Origin: Ignavibacteria bacterium
GTDB lineage: Bacteria > Bacteroidota > Ignavibacteria > Tepidaquicellales > Tepidaquicellaceae
Length of the DNA: 64,000 bases
Assembly: GCA_019187405.1 (NCBI GenBank)
Contig: JABAQZ010000027.1
Coordinates: 39,610 to 103,609 of the forward strand
Reading direction: 5' to 3'
The notes below the pieces were generated by a model that worked only from the letters and a program-made list of their open reading frames with translations, was not told where the DNA came from and ran no database searches. Below are positions 30,042 through 39,400 of this stretch, one piece after another (position 1 is the first letter of the stretch; each line of letters opens with the position of its first letter). The translations under genes were made by a program, and so were the position numbers.

Positions 30042-30384
30042 TTTTTTTTTGGGGGGAGGGGGGGGGGAACCCTGACAGCGTTTTGAAAAATTTTTAGGGT
30101 AATAGGGATTTCGGAAAAACGCTGTCAGGGTTTTCTTTTTCTGAAGCTGAGACATCAAATTTATATTGTACAGAGTTACGGCATTTTTTAATAAGCTCAG
30201 CTAACATTTAAAATTTATTTTCTTGTGTGTCATGGATAATTACATAATATACGGCTTTGTATGTTTTATTAACAAAACAAAGACTCTGCTCCGAAAAAAG
30301 CAACCCTGACAGCGTTCCAATACACCTCCCCTCTTTCCCGATTTTCAAAAACGCTGTCAGGGTTCCCCCCCCCCCAAAAAAAAA
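30042..30384. repeat. Composite palindromic element: homopolymer-capped terminal inverted repeats, each end forming its own long-loop hairpin
   Basis: Left end: T9-G6AG10-AACCCTGACAGCGTTTT (to 30084), which pairs with AAAACGCTGTCAGGGTT at 30116-30132. Right end: AACCCTGACAGCGTT (30302-30316) pairs with AACGCTGTCAGGGTT (30350-30364), followed by C11-A9. The outer ~40 bp of the two ends are reverse complements apart from homopolymer length. Confidence 0.7.
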
Positions 30385-30549
30385 TTAAAAATCTCAACCG
30401 TAAACCCATATTAACGGTATCTCACTTAAATAAAAAGTTACGCTGCAGCAAATTGTTATGAATTTCAATTCCACTGCAGCGCCGGAAGGAAACGGTTTAG
30501 GAGAACAATTCGGAAACTCCTAATCCCGAATTAAATTTAATCTAAAATT

Positions 30550-30927
30550 TCATTTGCTTTCTTCTTGTGATGTCCGTTTATTGATAGTGACGGTTTTAAA
30601 TAAGTATGATAAAAGAAAATATCCTTGCATGCCAGTCAGCAATGTCCATAAAAGAAAACTTCCTTCCTATCCTGCATAGAATTTTGAAATCAGCAGACTA
30701 AGCGGTAAGTCCGATGAGTTGAGCTCCCTAACATGACAGAATTGAAACTGATATGTAATTATCAGATACATTAAATATACCGAAATCAGTATAGTAACAA
30801 AAACAGAAAATCTGAAAAAAATTCTTGCTGGCTTGATGAACTTTATTTTTCCTCTGAATACCAGAAAATATAGTATTGCAGAAATGATACTTAAAGCAAA
30901 TCCCGTGATTATTAAACTCTTTCCCAT
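30550..30927 (-). pseudogene. ccmF: ccmF (cytochrome c heme lyase) N-terminal remnant with in-frame TAG, 3'-truncated
   Basis: The 86-aa ORF ends ..VRELNSSDLPLSLLISKFYAG-TAG. The same frame continues EGSFLLWTLLTG.. (compare E. coli ..[33 protein letters not shown]..). The reading frame closes at 30550, only ~125 codons in total, whereas E. coli CcmF continues well beyond this region. It lies directly downstream of ccmE. Confidence 0.7.
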
Positions 30928-30969
30928 TTTTTAAATTTGATATTTTAAAATTATCATTGAATTATCAGT

Positions 30970-31362
30970 TCAGCTTCCCGGATGTTTTACTTCTTCACCT
31001 TTTCCTTCATACTTAGAAGGACATTTTGTCAGTACTTCTTTTGCATAAAACACACCGTCTTTTACTTTGCCTTTTGCTACCACAGATTCTGCCATTTCAA
31101 AATTGTTAGGACGTGCTCCGGTTAGCACCACTTTCATTTCTTTGTTATTCTCATCTTTCATGTAAAAAATGAATTCATTTGTCTCTGATTCAAATTTTGA
31201 TTCTTTATCTTTAATCCAGATGCCTTTAACCTGACATGTCTTTTTATCAATCGTTGCCTTATCAAAATTTGAATACTCGATCTGGTTTTCAGAAAATGTC
31301 AGAAATCCTGCTATCAGAAAAACCACTATTGCTGTTATTGCTGCTATTGTTGACTTTTTCAT
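30970..31362 (-). CDS. ccmE: Cytochrome c maturation heme chaperone CcmE, CxxxY variant
   Basis: N-terminal anchor, OB-fold-like core (..MKVVLTGARPNNFEMAESVVAKGKVKDGVFYAKEVLTKCPSKYEG). Cys114/Tyr118 replace the canonical HxxxY heme-binding motif. Confidence 0.85.
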   Translation of the reverse strand: MKKSTIAAITAIVVFLIAGFLTFSENQIEYSNFDKATIDKKTCQVKGIWIKDKESKFESETNEFIFYMKDENNKEMKVVLTGARPNNFEMAESVVAKGKVKDGVFYAKEVLTKCPSKYEGKGEEVKHPGS

Positions 31363-31845
31363 GTTAAATTGCTTTTAGATTTTAAAATCAAAGCAGTTCA
31401 TTCCTTAACCTGCCTTGTCTTTATTTATATCAATTGGTCTATTATATAAGAAACAGTTTTTTAATATATGCATAAAAATTATTGACAATTCGGAATGAAC
31501 TCCGGATATAGAGCATTCCAGTAGAGTTGTAATCTTTTCCGGTATTTTTAATCTTCCGTTCATTGAATTGTTTTGACTAATTTGATATCAATTAACGTGC
31601 CGTCTGTATTATGCTGATTTTACAACGAAATTAACTTTTACTAAAACGATATGTCCAAAAAATCCACACTTGTTCGGTACAAAGTGTGCTGAAATTGCTT
31701 TAAATATCGTCAGGCTAATTTTTAAAAAACATCAAATACATATTCAGATAATAATGTTTTCAACAGCAGGAAATTTTAAACTAAATTTCTAATTCATTTT
31801 GGTTTGATAAATTTTGCCTTAATCAGTAAATTGCAAATAAATAAA

Positions 31846-31919
31846 CGGAGCGTAGCGTAGCCCGGTATCGCGCCAGTTTTGGGAACTGGAGGTCGCTGGT
31901 TCGAATCCAGCCGTTCCGA
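31846..31919 (+). tRNA. tRNA-Pro (anticodon UGG)
   Basis: CGGAGCG acceptor pairs with CGTTCCG. Anticodon arm CCAGT-TTTGGGA-ACTGG. T arm GCTGG-TTCGAAT-CCAGC. CCA is not encoded. Confidence 0.9.
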
Positions 31920-31936
31920 CAAATGAAATCCCTCTT

Positions 31937-31970
31937 AAAGTCCTTGAATTTTTTTTTGAGGACTTTTTTT
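31937..31970 (+). terminator. Weak hairpin plus T-run after tRNA-Pro
   Basis: AAAGTCCT...AGGACTTT followed by TTTTT. Confidence 0.45.
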
Positions 31971-31993
31971 ATATCTTTTAAAGACTCAATTCA

Positions 31994-33022
31994 GTGTATA
32001 AATATTTAATCAGACCAATACTTTTTTTATTCGATGCAGAATTCATTCATAATCTGATCCTGAGTTTTTTTTCAAAATATACTTTCTTTTACACGATGTT
32101 GAGTTTTCTTTATAATCCGGGAAAATCAGAAAATATTATTGCAGGCTCGAATGAATTTAAAAACCGGCTCGGTCTTGCGGCAGGGTTTGATAAATATGGA
32201 ACTGCAATACGCTTCTTTCACTCGCTTGGCTTTTCTCACGTGGAAATAGGAACCGTTACTCCTTATCCGCAACCCGGAAATCCAAAACCAAGAATTTTCC
32301 GCCTTCCTGATTATCAGGCAATAATTAACAGAATGGGATTTAATAACGGCGGAACAATTGAAGTGATGAGCAATATTCTAAAAGCAAGAAAATATATCCA
32401 AAAAGATTTTATTATCGGTATTAACATCGGTAAAAACAAAATGACAGAAATTGAAAATGCCGTACTTGATTATAAAATCTGTCTTAATCATCTTTATAAT
32501 TATGCTGATTACTTTACTCTGAATGTATCTTCTCCAAACACTGAAGGACTTCGTAAACTCCAAGACAGAGATTATCTAGATAATCTTCTATCAGAAATTC
32601 AGTCGGAAAATAAATCTTTATCCGCAGAAAAATCACTTAAACTTAAAGATATTTTTTTGAAAATTGCTCCCGATATTGACGATGAACAGCTGAACGTAAT
32701 TTTCGAATTATGCATTAAACATGATATTACAGGTATTATTGCAACAAATACAACCCTAAAGCGTCCTGGAATAAATACAAAAACTACAGAAGAAGGCGGC
32801 TTGAGCGGTAAACCTCTCAGAAAATTATCAAATGAAATTTTGGATAAACTAAATAAATTAAACTCGGTGTTACCTGACAAGAAACTTTTGTTAATCGCAT
32901 CAGGTGGCGTGTTTAATAAAGATGACTTCAACGAAAAACTCAGGAGCGGTGCCGCTTTGGTTCAAATATATACCGGCTTGATTTATGAAGGTCCTGCAAT
33001 AATAAAGAAAATTTTAAAATAA
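31994..33022 (+). CDS. pyrD: Dihydroorotate dehydrogenase (quinone), class 2 (GTG start)
   Basis: N-terminal membrane-associated helix region, NRMGFNNGG, GINIGKNK, LNVSSPNTEGLR, ATNTT, GGLSGKPL, ASGGV. Confidence 0.9.
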   Translation: MYKYLIRPILFLFDAEFIHNLILSFFSKYTFFYTMLSFLYNPGKSENIIAGSNEFKNRLGLAAGFDKYGTAIRFFHSLGFSHVEIGTVTPYPQPGNPKPRIFRLPDYQAIINRMGFNNGGTIEVMSNILKARKYIQKDFIIGINIGKNKMTEIENAVLDYKICLNHLYNYADYFTLNVSSPNTEGLRKLQDRDYLDNLLSEIQSENKSLSAEKSLKLKDIFLKIAPDIDDEQLNVIFELCIKHDITGIIATNTTLKRPGINTKTTEEGGLSGKPLRKLSNEILDKLNKLNSVLPDKKLLLIASGGVFNKDDFNEKLRSGAALVQIYTGLIYEGPAIIKKILK

Positions 33023-33032
33023 GTAAAAAATT

Positions 33033-33650
33033 ATGACTGATTCACCGGTTACCATTACATTACTGTTTGCTAATATTGCCATTTCATTATGGGCGTTTTA
33101 CGGAAATCCAATTTACTTTCAAAAGTTTTCTGAATGGCCATATCAAATCGTTTATGAAAAATCATTTTATCAGATAATAACTTCGGCTTTTCTTCATGCA
33201 AACTTTATGCATCTTTTGTTTAATATGTTTGCTCTTTATACATTTGGAACTTATCTCGAATCATTTTTCATAAAAAATATAGGGAGTTTCGAAGGCAGCC
33301 TGTATTTTTTCTTGATTTATTTTATTAGCCTGATTGCCGGATCGTTGCTAACTGTGTTATTTCATTTTAAAGACCCGAATTATGTTGCAGTCGGAGCTTC
33401 AGGCGCAGTGTCAGGAATTGTTTTTTCTTACATCATATTTTTTCCGAAGGATATGCTTTATGTATTCTTTATTCCAATGCCTGCATATCTGTTTGCGGTA
33501 TTGTGGATCGGATTTTCAATTTATGGTATGAAAAGCAAGCTTGGTAATATCGGACACGAAGCTCATCTTGGCGGAGCAGTCGGCGGTTTCATCAGCACTT
33601 TGATTTTAATAAATGGTTCTTTTAAGATTTTATTAAGTCATTTCCAATAA
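33033..33650 (+). CDS. Rhomboid family intramembrane serine protease
   Basis: Six TM helices, HANFMHLLFNM, catalytic GASGAVSG and HLGGAVGG. Confidence 0.85.
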   Translation: MTDSPVTITLLFANIAISLWAFYGNPIYFQKFSEWPYQIVYEKSFYQIITSAFLHANFMHLLFNMFALYTFGTYLESFFIKNIGSFEGSLYFFLIYFISLIAGSLLTVLFHFKDPNYVAVGASGAVSGIVFSYIIFFPKDMLYVFFIPMPAYLFAVLWIGFSIYGMKSKLGNIGHEAHLGGAVGGFISTLILINGSFKILLSHFQ

Positions 33651-33664
33651 TTAAAATCAATAAT

Positions 33665-34612
33665 ATGAAAAAACTGAAATTAAATTCTGAAGAAAAAAAT
33701 TTTCTTGCTATTCTGTATAATAATTCAAAGGAAAGGTTTACTGACGAATATCTTAAAAAAGAAGCAGATTACTGGAAAGTTGATAATTATGTTGATATTA
33801 TAAATTCGCTGATAGATAAATCAGCGCTTGAAAAAACTAACGGTGATTTGGTTTTTACTAAAGCCGGATTTAACGAGGCTGAAAAATGTTACAATGAATT
33901 TCAAAAGAAAAATTTTGATGAAAACTTTTTGATTCATTATAACAGCAAAACTTTCAGAAAATTCTGCAAAGAAGTTAACGGAATAGAAATGTTTCTATTC
34001 AGTATGTTAAACAAAATCCAGATTGAATCGCTCGAAGAAGCTGCCGGATTTAATAACACTGATAAAGTGCTTGATATTGGCTGCGGTGCCGGTGATTTGG
34101 TTGAATACCTGCACGATAAATATAATTTCCATGCTGTGGGAATTGACTTTGCTCCAAAAACAATTAAACTCGCAAACGACAGAGTTAAAAATAAGAAAGA
34201 CATTAAATACCTGGAAATGGATATCAGGGAATTATCTGAATTGAAAGAAAAGTTTACAAAAATAATTGCTGTTGATTCATTGTACTTTCATAAAGATATC
34301 AGAAAAACTTTAAAGGATATTTTCGAATTGCTCGAAGAAGGCGGGTCAGTCTTTATATTTTATACGGAAATGATAAATTCCGGGAAAGAAAAATTTCGTG
34401 CCATTCTTAATAATCTAAACATCAAATATCAAAAAATCGATTTCACCGTCGAAGAAAAAAATCTATGGATAAATACAAAAGTTGCAGCTGAAAAATATAA
34501 AAATGATTTTGAAAGAGAAAACAACTTAAGTATCTATGAAGGCAGAATCTCTGAATCTGAAGAGGTAATGCGGATGGAATATGAAAGGTTTCTTTATATC
34601 ATCAGAAAATAA
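33665..34612 (+). CDS. Class I SAM-dependent methyltransferase with ~120-aa N-terminal extension
   Basis: Motif I VLDIGCGAGDLVEYL. The N-terminal part was not recognised. Confidence 0.7.
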   Translation: MKKLKLNSEEKNFLAILYNNSKERFTDEYLKKEADYWKVDNYVDIINSLIDKSALEKTNGDLVFTKAGFNEAEKCYNEFQKKNFDENFLIHYNSKTFRKFCKEVNGIEMFLFSMLNKIQIESLEEAAGFNNTDKVLDIGCGAGDLVEYLHDKYNFHAVGIDFAPKTIKLANDRVKNKKDIKYLEMDIRELSELKEKFTKIIAVDSLYFHKDIRKTLKDIFELLEEGGSVFIFYTEMINSGKEKFRAILNNLNIKYQKIDFTVEEKNLWINTKVAAEKYKNDFERENNLSIYEGRISESEEVMRMEYERFLYIIRK

Positions 34613-34918
34613 AATTGAATTAAATTAATAATAAGATTCTTATCAAATGATTTATCGTTTTTGTATTCTTGTGTAGGAGAAGAAAAGCATTTAGAAATTT
34701 ATAAAAAGACTGGTAACTAAAAGAGACTTTTTATGATTGTGATGTTTACTACAGACCTGAAGAAGTTGTAATTTATTTTATTATAAGAAAATATTTTAAT
34801 TGATTTTTAAATGATGTGTAGTTTAGATTTAAACATTTATAATTATTTAAATGTGTCATAGAAAAAATGATAATCAATGTATATATTTAACAGAAAAATA
34901 TAAAATTGACTTAGTAAG

Positions 34919-35821
34919 ATGAAAAAGAAAGTTGTGAGAGAAAATGATTATTTAAACTCTGATAAAGTTTTTGATAAACTAGTTTCTTATATTTCTAAAA
35001 ATGGCGTTCAAAATGCTATATTTCCCATTTTTAAAACTAAAGATTTTGCTTTATATAATAATGATTGTTTGGAAGTAATGACCAGATTTCCAGATAATTA
35101 TATTGATATGGTTTTTGCTGATCCACCTTATATGCTTTCAAATAATGGTTTTACTTGTCAAAATGGTAGAATGGTAAGTGTAAACAAAGGTAAATGGGAT
35201 AAATCAAAAGGATTTGAACAAGACTTAAATTTTCATGAAGAATGGATTTCTGAATGTAAAAGAATTTTGAAGCCTTCCGGTACAATTTGGATAAGTGGAA
35301 CATATCATTCAATATATCAATGTGGTTATTTACTTCAAAAATTGGGATTCCATATATTAAATGATATTACTTGGTTTAAACCAAATGCTTCTCCTAATTT
35401 ATCTTGTAGATTTTTTACAGCTTCACACGAAACACTAATTTGGGCTCGAAAAGATAAGAATGCAAAGCATTATTTTGATTATAAATCAATGAAAGAAGGT
35501 CATTTCCCTGAAGATCAATTAAAAAAAGAAAAATCTCAGATGAGATCTGTTTGGAGTTTAAATACTCCTTCTTCTGCAGAAAAAGAATTTGGGAAACACC
35601 CTACTCAAAAACCGTTGGCTTTACTTCGAAGAATAATTAAAGCTTCCACTAAGGATGGAGATATTATTTTTGATCCGTTTAATGGTGGAGGTACAACAGG
35701 TATTGCTTCAGTACAAATTAGTAATAGAAAATACATTGGATGTGAAATTGATTTAAAATTCATAAACTTAACAATTAAGAAATATCAAAGTTTGAATATG
35801 ACGCAGAAATTATTCAATTAA
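34919..35821 (+). CDS. Type II DNA methyltransferase, beta-class (N6-adenine or N4-cytosine; the DPPY motif favours N6A)
   Basis: Motif IV VFADPPYML lies upstream of motif I IIFDPFNGGGTTG (beta-class order), and ..HPTQKPLALLRRII.. is typical of the N4/N6 MTase family. Confidence 0.85.
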   Translation: MKKKVVRENDYLNSDKVFDKLVSYISKNGVQNAIFPIFKTKDFALYNNDCLEVMTRFPDNYIDMVFADPPYMLSNNGFTCQNGRMVSVNKGKWDKSKGFEQDLNFHEEWISECKRILKPSGTIWISGTYHSIYQCGYLLQKLGFHILNDITWFKPNASPNLSCRFFTASHETLIWARKDKNAKHYFDYKSMKEGHFPEDQLKKEKSQMRSVWSLNTPSSAEKEFGKHPTQKPLALLRRIIKASTKDGDIIFDPFNGGGTTGIASVQISNRKYIGCEIDLKFINLTIKKYQSLNMTQKLFN

Positions 35822-35836
35822 AAATTTTAATTTTAA

Positions 35837-36358
35837 ATGATTAAGAAAGGTAAAGGTGGAGCAAATACAATAAGTGGTTTGCTTTTTGAGGGTAAGACGG
35901 ATCTATCCACATTTCTAAATTCTTTGAAGGATTATGAAGTTAAATCAAATAAAGTATTCTATAAAGAAAATCAAGTAGCAGAGATTTGTAAAAAACATGA
36001 ATTGTATAAATTTCTGAAAGCGAAGAAAGTTGATTGGAAAAAAATAATTTCTAAAAAATTATTACCAGATGATAGTATTTATATTATTGTTAAAAACACT
36101 TTGTTTATAATCGAATGTAAATTTCAGCAAGTTGCCGGATCTGTTGATGAAAAACTTCAAACTTGCGATTTTAAAAAGAAACAATATAAAAAACTTTTAT
36201 CTCAGGTCAATATAGACGTAGAATATATATATCTATTGAGTGATTGGTTTAAAAAACCCGGGTACAAAGATGTATTAGATTATATAATAAGTGTTGGATG
36301 TTCTTATTATTTTAACTTTATTCCATTAAAAAAATTTGGATTACCAGTGTCTGATTAG
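35837..36358 (+). CDS. Putative type II restriction endonuclease (PD-(D/E)xK-like)
   Basis: Starts 15 bp after the methyltransferase stop and shares its extreme AT-rich composition. Candidate motif ..LPDDSIYIIVKNTLFIIECKFQQ (D...ExK). No specific enzyme recognised. Confidence 0.5.
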   Translation: MIKKGKGGANTISGLLFEGKTDLSTFLNSLKDYEVKSNKVFYKENQVAEICKKHELYKFLKAKKVDWKKIISKKLLPDDSIYIIVKNTLFIIECKFQQVAGSVDEKLQTCDFKKKQYKKLLSQVNIDVEYIYLLSDWFKKPGYKDVLDYIISVGCSYYFNFIPLKKFGLPVSD

Positions 36359-36469
36359 TTAAAATGATTTTTAAATTGTAAAGCTATATACGTCATCAAA
36401 TAAAGTCACCAGTAATTTATCATTCGTAAATTGCAACTCGCCGTAGCAGAGTTATCCCCAATTTGTAAT

Positions 36470-39400
36470 TTATCTCTTCTCAAGCAAATACGTAAGATAC
36501 ATATTGCTCAGTTTCTCCAATACCGAATTCGACTTCAGTCTCTCATGCAGATAATCAAAATCTACTTCATCAAGTTTCTGATCCTGATTGAAACAGGAAA
36601 ATACAAAACTTTCCTTACCGGTTACCGGATCTGAATGCCTCTGTAAACACTGTGCGCATATCTCTTTCATCATGCACTGCATCGTTGAATTTATGCTTCC
36701 TATCGCTACATGCTCTTTGAGTTTGTCCTTAAAAATAGTAAGTCTTGCCTCCTTTACTGCATTCATCATTCTGTCGCTTCCAATTGCAATTATTCTGTCA
36801 ATGCTTTCAAACTCAGTAATCTTTTCTCCCAGCTCGCCGCTGCAATATGCCTTCATCGCCTGAACGATGTTGCCTTTAAACGATAAATCCTGAGATCTTC
36901 TCGGTTTAATTTTATCTCCCGTATCATTGCTCCATATTACCTGATGCGTTCCCGCCTCCACTTCATCCATTTTGTAAACATCTTTTGAATCTTTGAACCC
37001 GGCAAAATATATTACTTTGTTTCCCTTTTTTTTCATCGCATCCGCAATAGAAAATAAAACTGCATTGCCTAATCCTCCGCCGGCAAGCAATACAGTCTCT
37101 CCTTTAGGAATTTCAGTTGGGTGTCCCGTCGGTCCCATGACTATAATTTTTTCTCCCTTCTTAAGATGAGCAACAAGCCGCGACGTAACTCCAACCTCAA
37201 GCACAATCATTGAAAGCAATCCTTTCTTCGTATCTGTCCATGCCCCGGTCATTGCAAGTCCCTCCATCGTAAGAACAGTGTTGTTAATTATTTCTGCATT
37301 CATTTCGTAATTCTGAAATCTGTAAAACTGCCCCGGCTTAAATTTTCCGGCGGCGAACGGCGCTTTGACAATGACTTCAACTATTGTTGGTGTCAGTCTT
37401 ATAACTTCCTCTACCGTCGCTATTAATCCTTCATCAAATTTTAAAACTAATTCAGAAAATGTCTGTTGGTTCTTTTCATGATTATTATCATCTGAAATTT
37501 CAGCAGGAAAAAGATTAACAATTTTTTTATAGCCGTCTTTTGCGGATGCCATTGCTTTTACAACATTACCTGCATAATCAGGATGATTGTCTCCGTAAAA
37601 TGAAATTAATTTATCGGAATACTTGTATGATGTAAAAAATGCACCCTTTCCTTCTTCTTCCGGAATTAGAGTAATGCCTCCTGTTTTATTTCTCTCGGCT
37701 GAATAAGGTTTAAAAAAATTTTTCGTTTCGTCAATCCGGAAGGTTCCGGGATACTCTTTTTCATAAATAATGTTTGGAGATGTTCCTGCAGCTACCATCA
37801 CAGACCTTGCTTTGAAATTTACATACTCACCGGAATTTACAAGCTTTTTCTTTCCGGTTTTTTCATCCGTAATTTCTTTCTGCAATTCAAATTTTATCTC
37901 TTCTACAGAACCGTACTGGTTTTTTACCGCTTCAACCGGCGACATCTTTTCTATAAACCTAATGCCTTCCTCAAATCCTTTTATAATTTCCTCGTGATTT
38001 AATCTGTATGCAGGCGAATCCTTCATAGTTTTTCTGTAAACAATTGTAACTCCTCCCCATTTATTCAACAGCGGAAGAAAATCCGGTTCCCTGTTTTCTC
38101 TTTGCGAAGAATCAATTTCATTTCTGATTTCTTTTCCGTGTGAAATGAATGTCTTCATGATTTCTTTTTCTTCATCATCATACATTTTCCAAAACTCTAC
38201 TTCATTAAATACGGAAATCAGTTTTTCGTATTTCTCGAGCGCCTTCAAAACCTGTACCGGATAGTATGCAAGTGATTCTGTTGCCGTATCAATTGCCGTT
38301 AGTCCGCCACCGATTACAATAGCAGGAAGCTGAAGCTGAAGGTTGGCAAGATTATTTTTCTTTGCAGCACCAGTAAGTTGCAGCGCCATGAGAAAGTCCG
38401 AAGCTTTTCTAATTCCGCGAATGAGATTATTCTTCATTCCGATTATTGTCGGCTTGCCTGCTCCCGAAGCCATTGCAATATGGTCAATGCCGAGTTCCCA
38501 TGCATCTTCCACAGTCAGCGTTCCACCGAATCTTACACCGTCATAAAGTCTGAAATACTCTCGCCTGGCAAGATTAATGTAAATCGCAGTAAGAAAATTC
38601 TTGTCCCATCTGACTGTGATACCGTATTCCGAAACTCCGCCAAATCCCTGCAGTATTCTTTTATCAAGCGGCTCCACTATTTCCCTGTAAAAATCTTTGA
38701 CAGGTGCGGGAAATTTTACAAATCCGTTTTTGTCCTTAACTCCTGTGTATTTTTCATGAATTTTCTCAATCTTCAATCCATCAATTCCAATCACGCCGAA
38801 TCCTTCATTCAGAAGAAAATGAGACAATGTATAACCCGCAGGACCCATCCCTACTACCATCACGTTTTTTCCGTTATAAGTTTTCTGATATGACTGTTCG
38901 CAATTTAACGGATTCCACCTTGTAAGCAGTGAATAAATTTCATAACCGTAAGGAAGACCGAAAACGTCAGTTAGTACGTTTGTCTCGATCTGTGGAATGT
39001 TAACCGGTTCCTGATTTTGAAAAATACAGCTCTTCATACAATCATTACAGATCCTGTGTCCGGTACCCGGAAGATTAGGATTGTCAATGATGATCAATGC
39101 AAGCGATGCAACCGGATATCCGAGTTTTCTAACATAATGCATTTCTGAAATTTTCTCATCGAGCGGACAACCGTCGAGTTTTATTCCGAGCGGATTTTTT
39201 TTTCTAATACCCAATCTGTCATCAAGACCTATAGAGCACGAGTCTTTTTCACGTTCGTGGCAGAACATGCAGTAATTAATCTGATTCAGTACTTCCCGCT
39301 TTTTCATTCTCTTATCGGTAAGACTGAATCCAAATCTTTTTCTGTGATTGTTTTTCGGACCCTTGATAACGGAATAATTATTATGTGCTTCCATTTCGGT

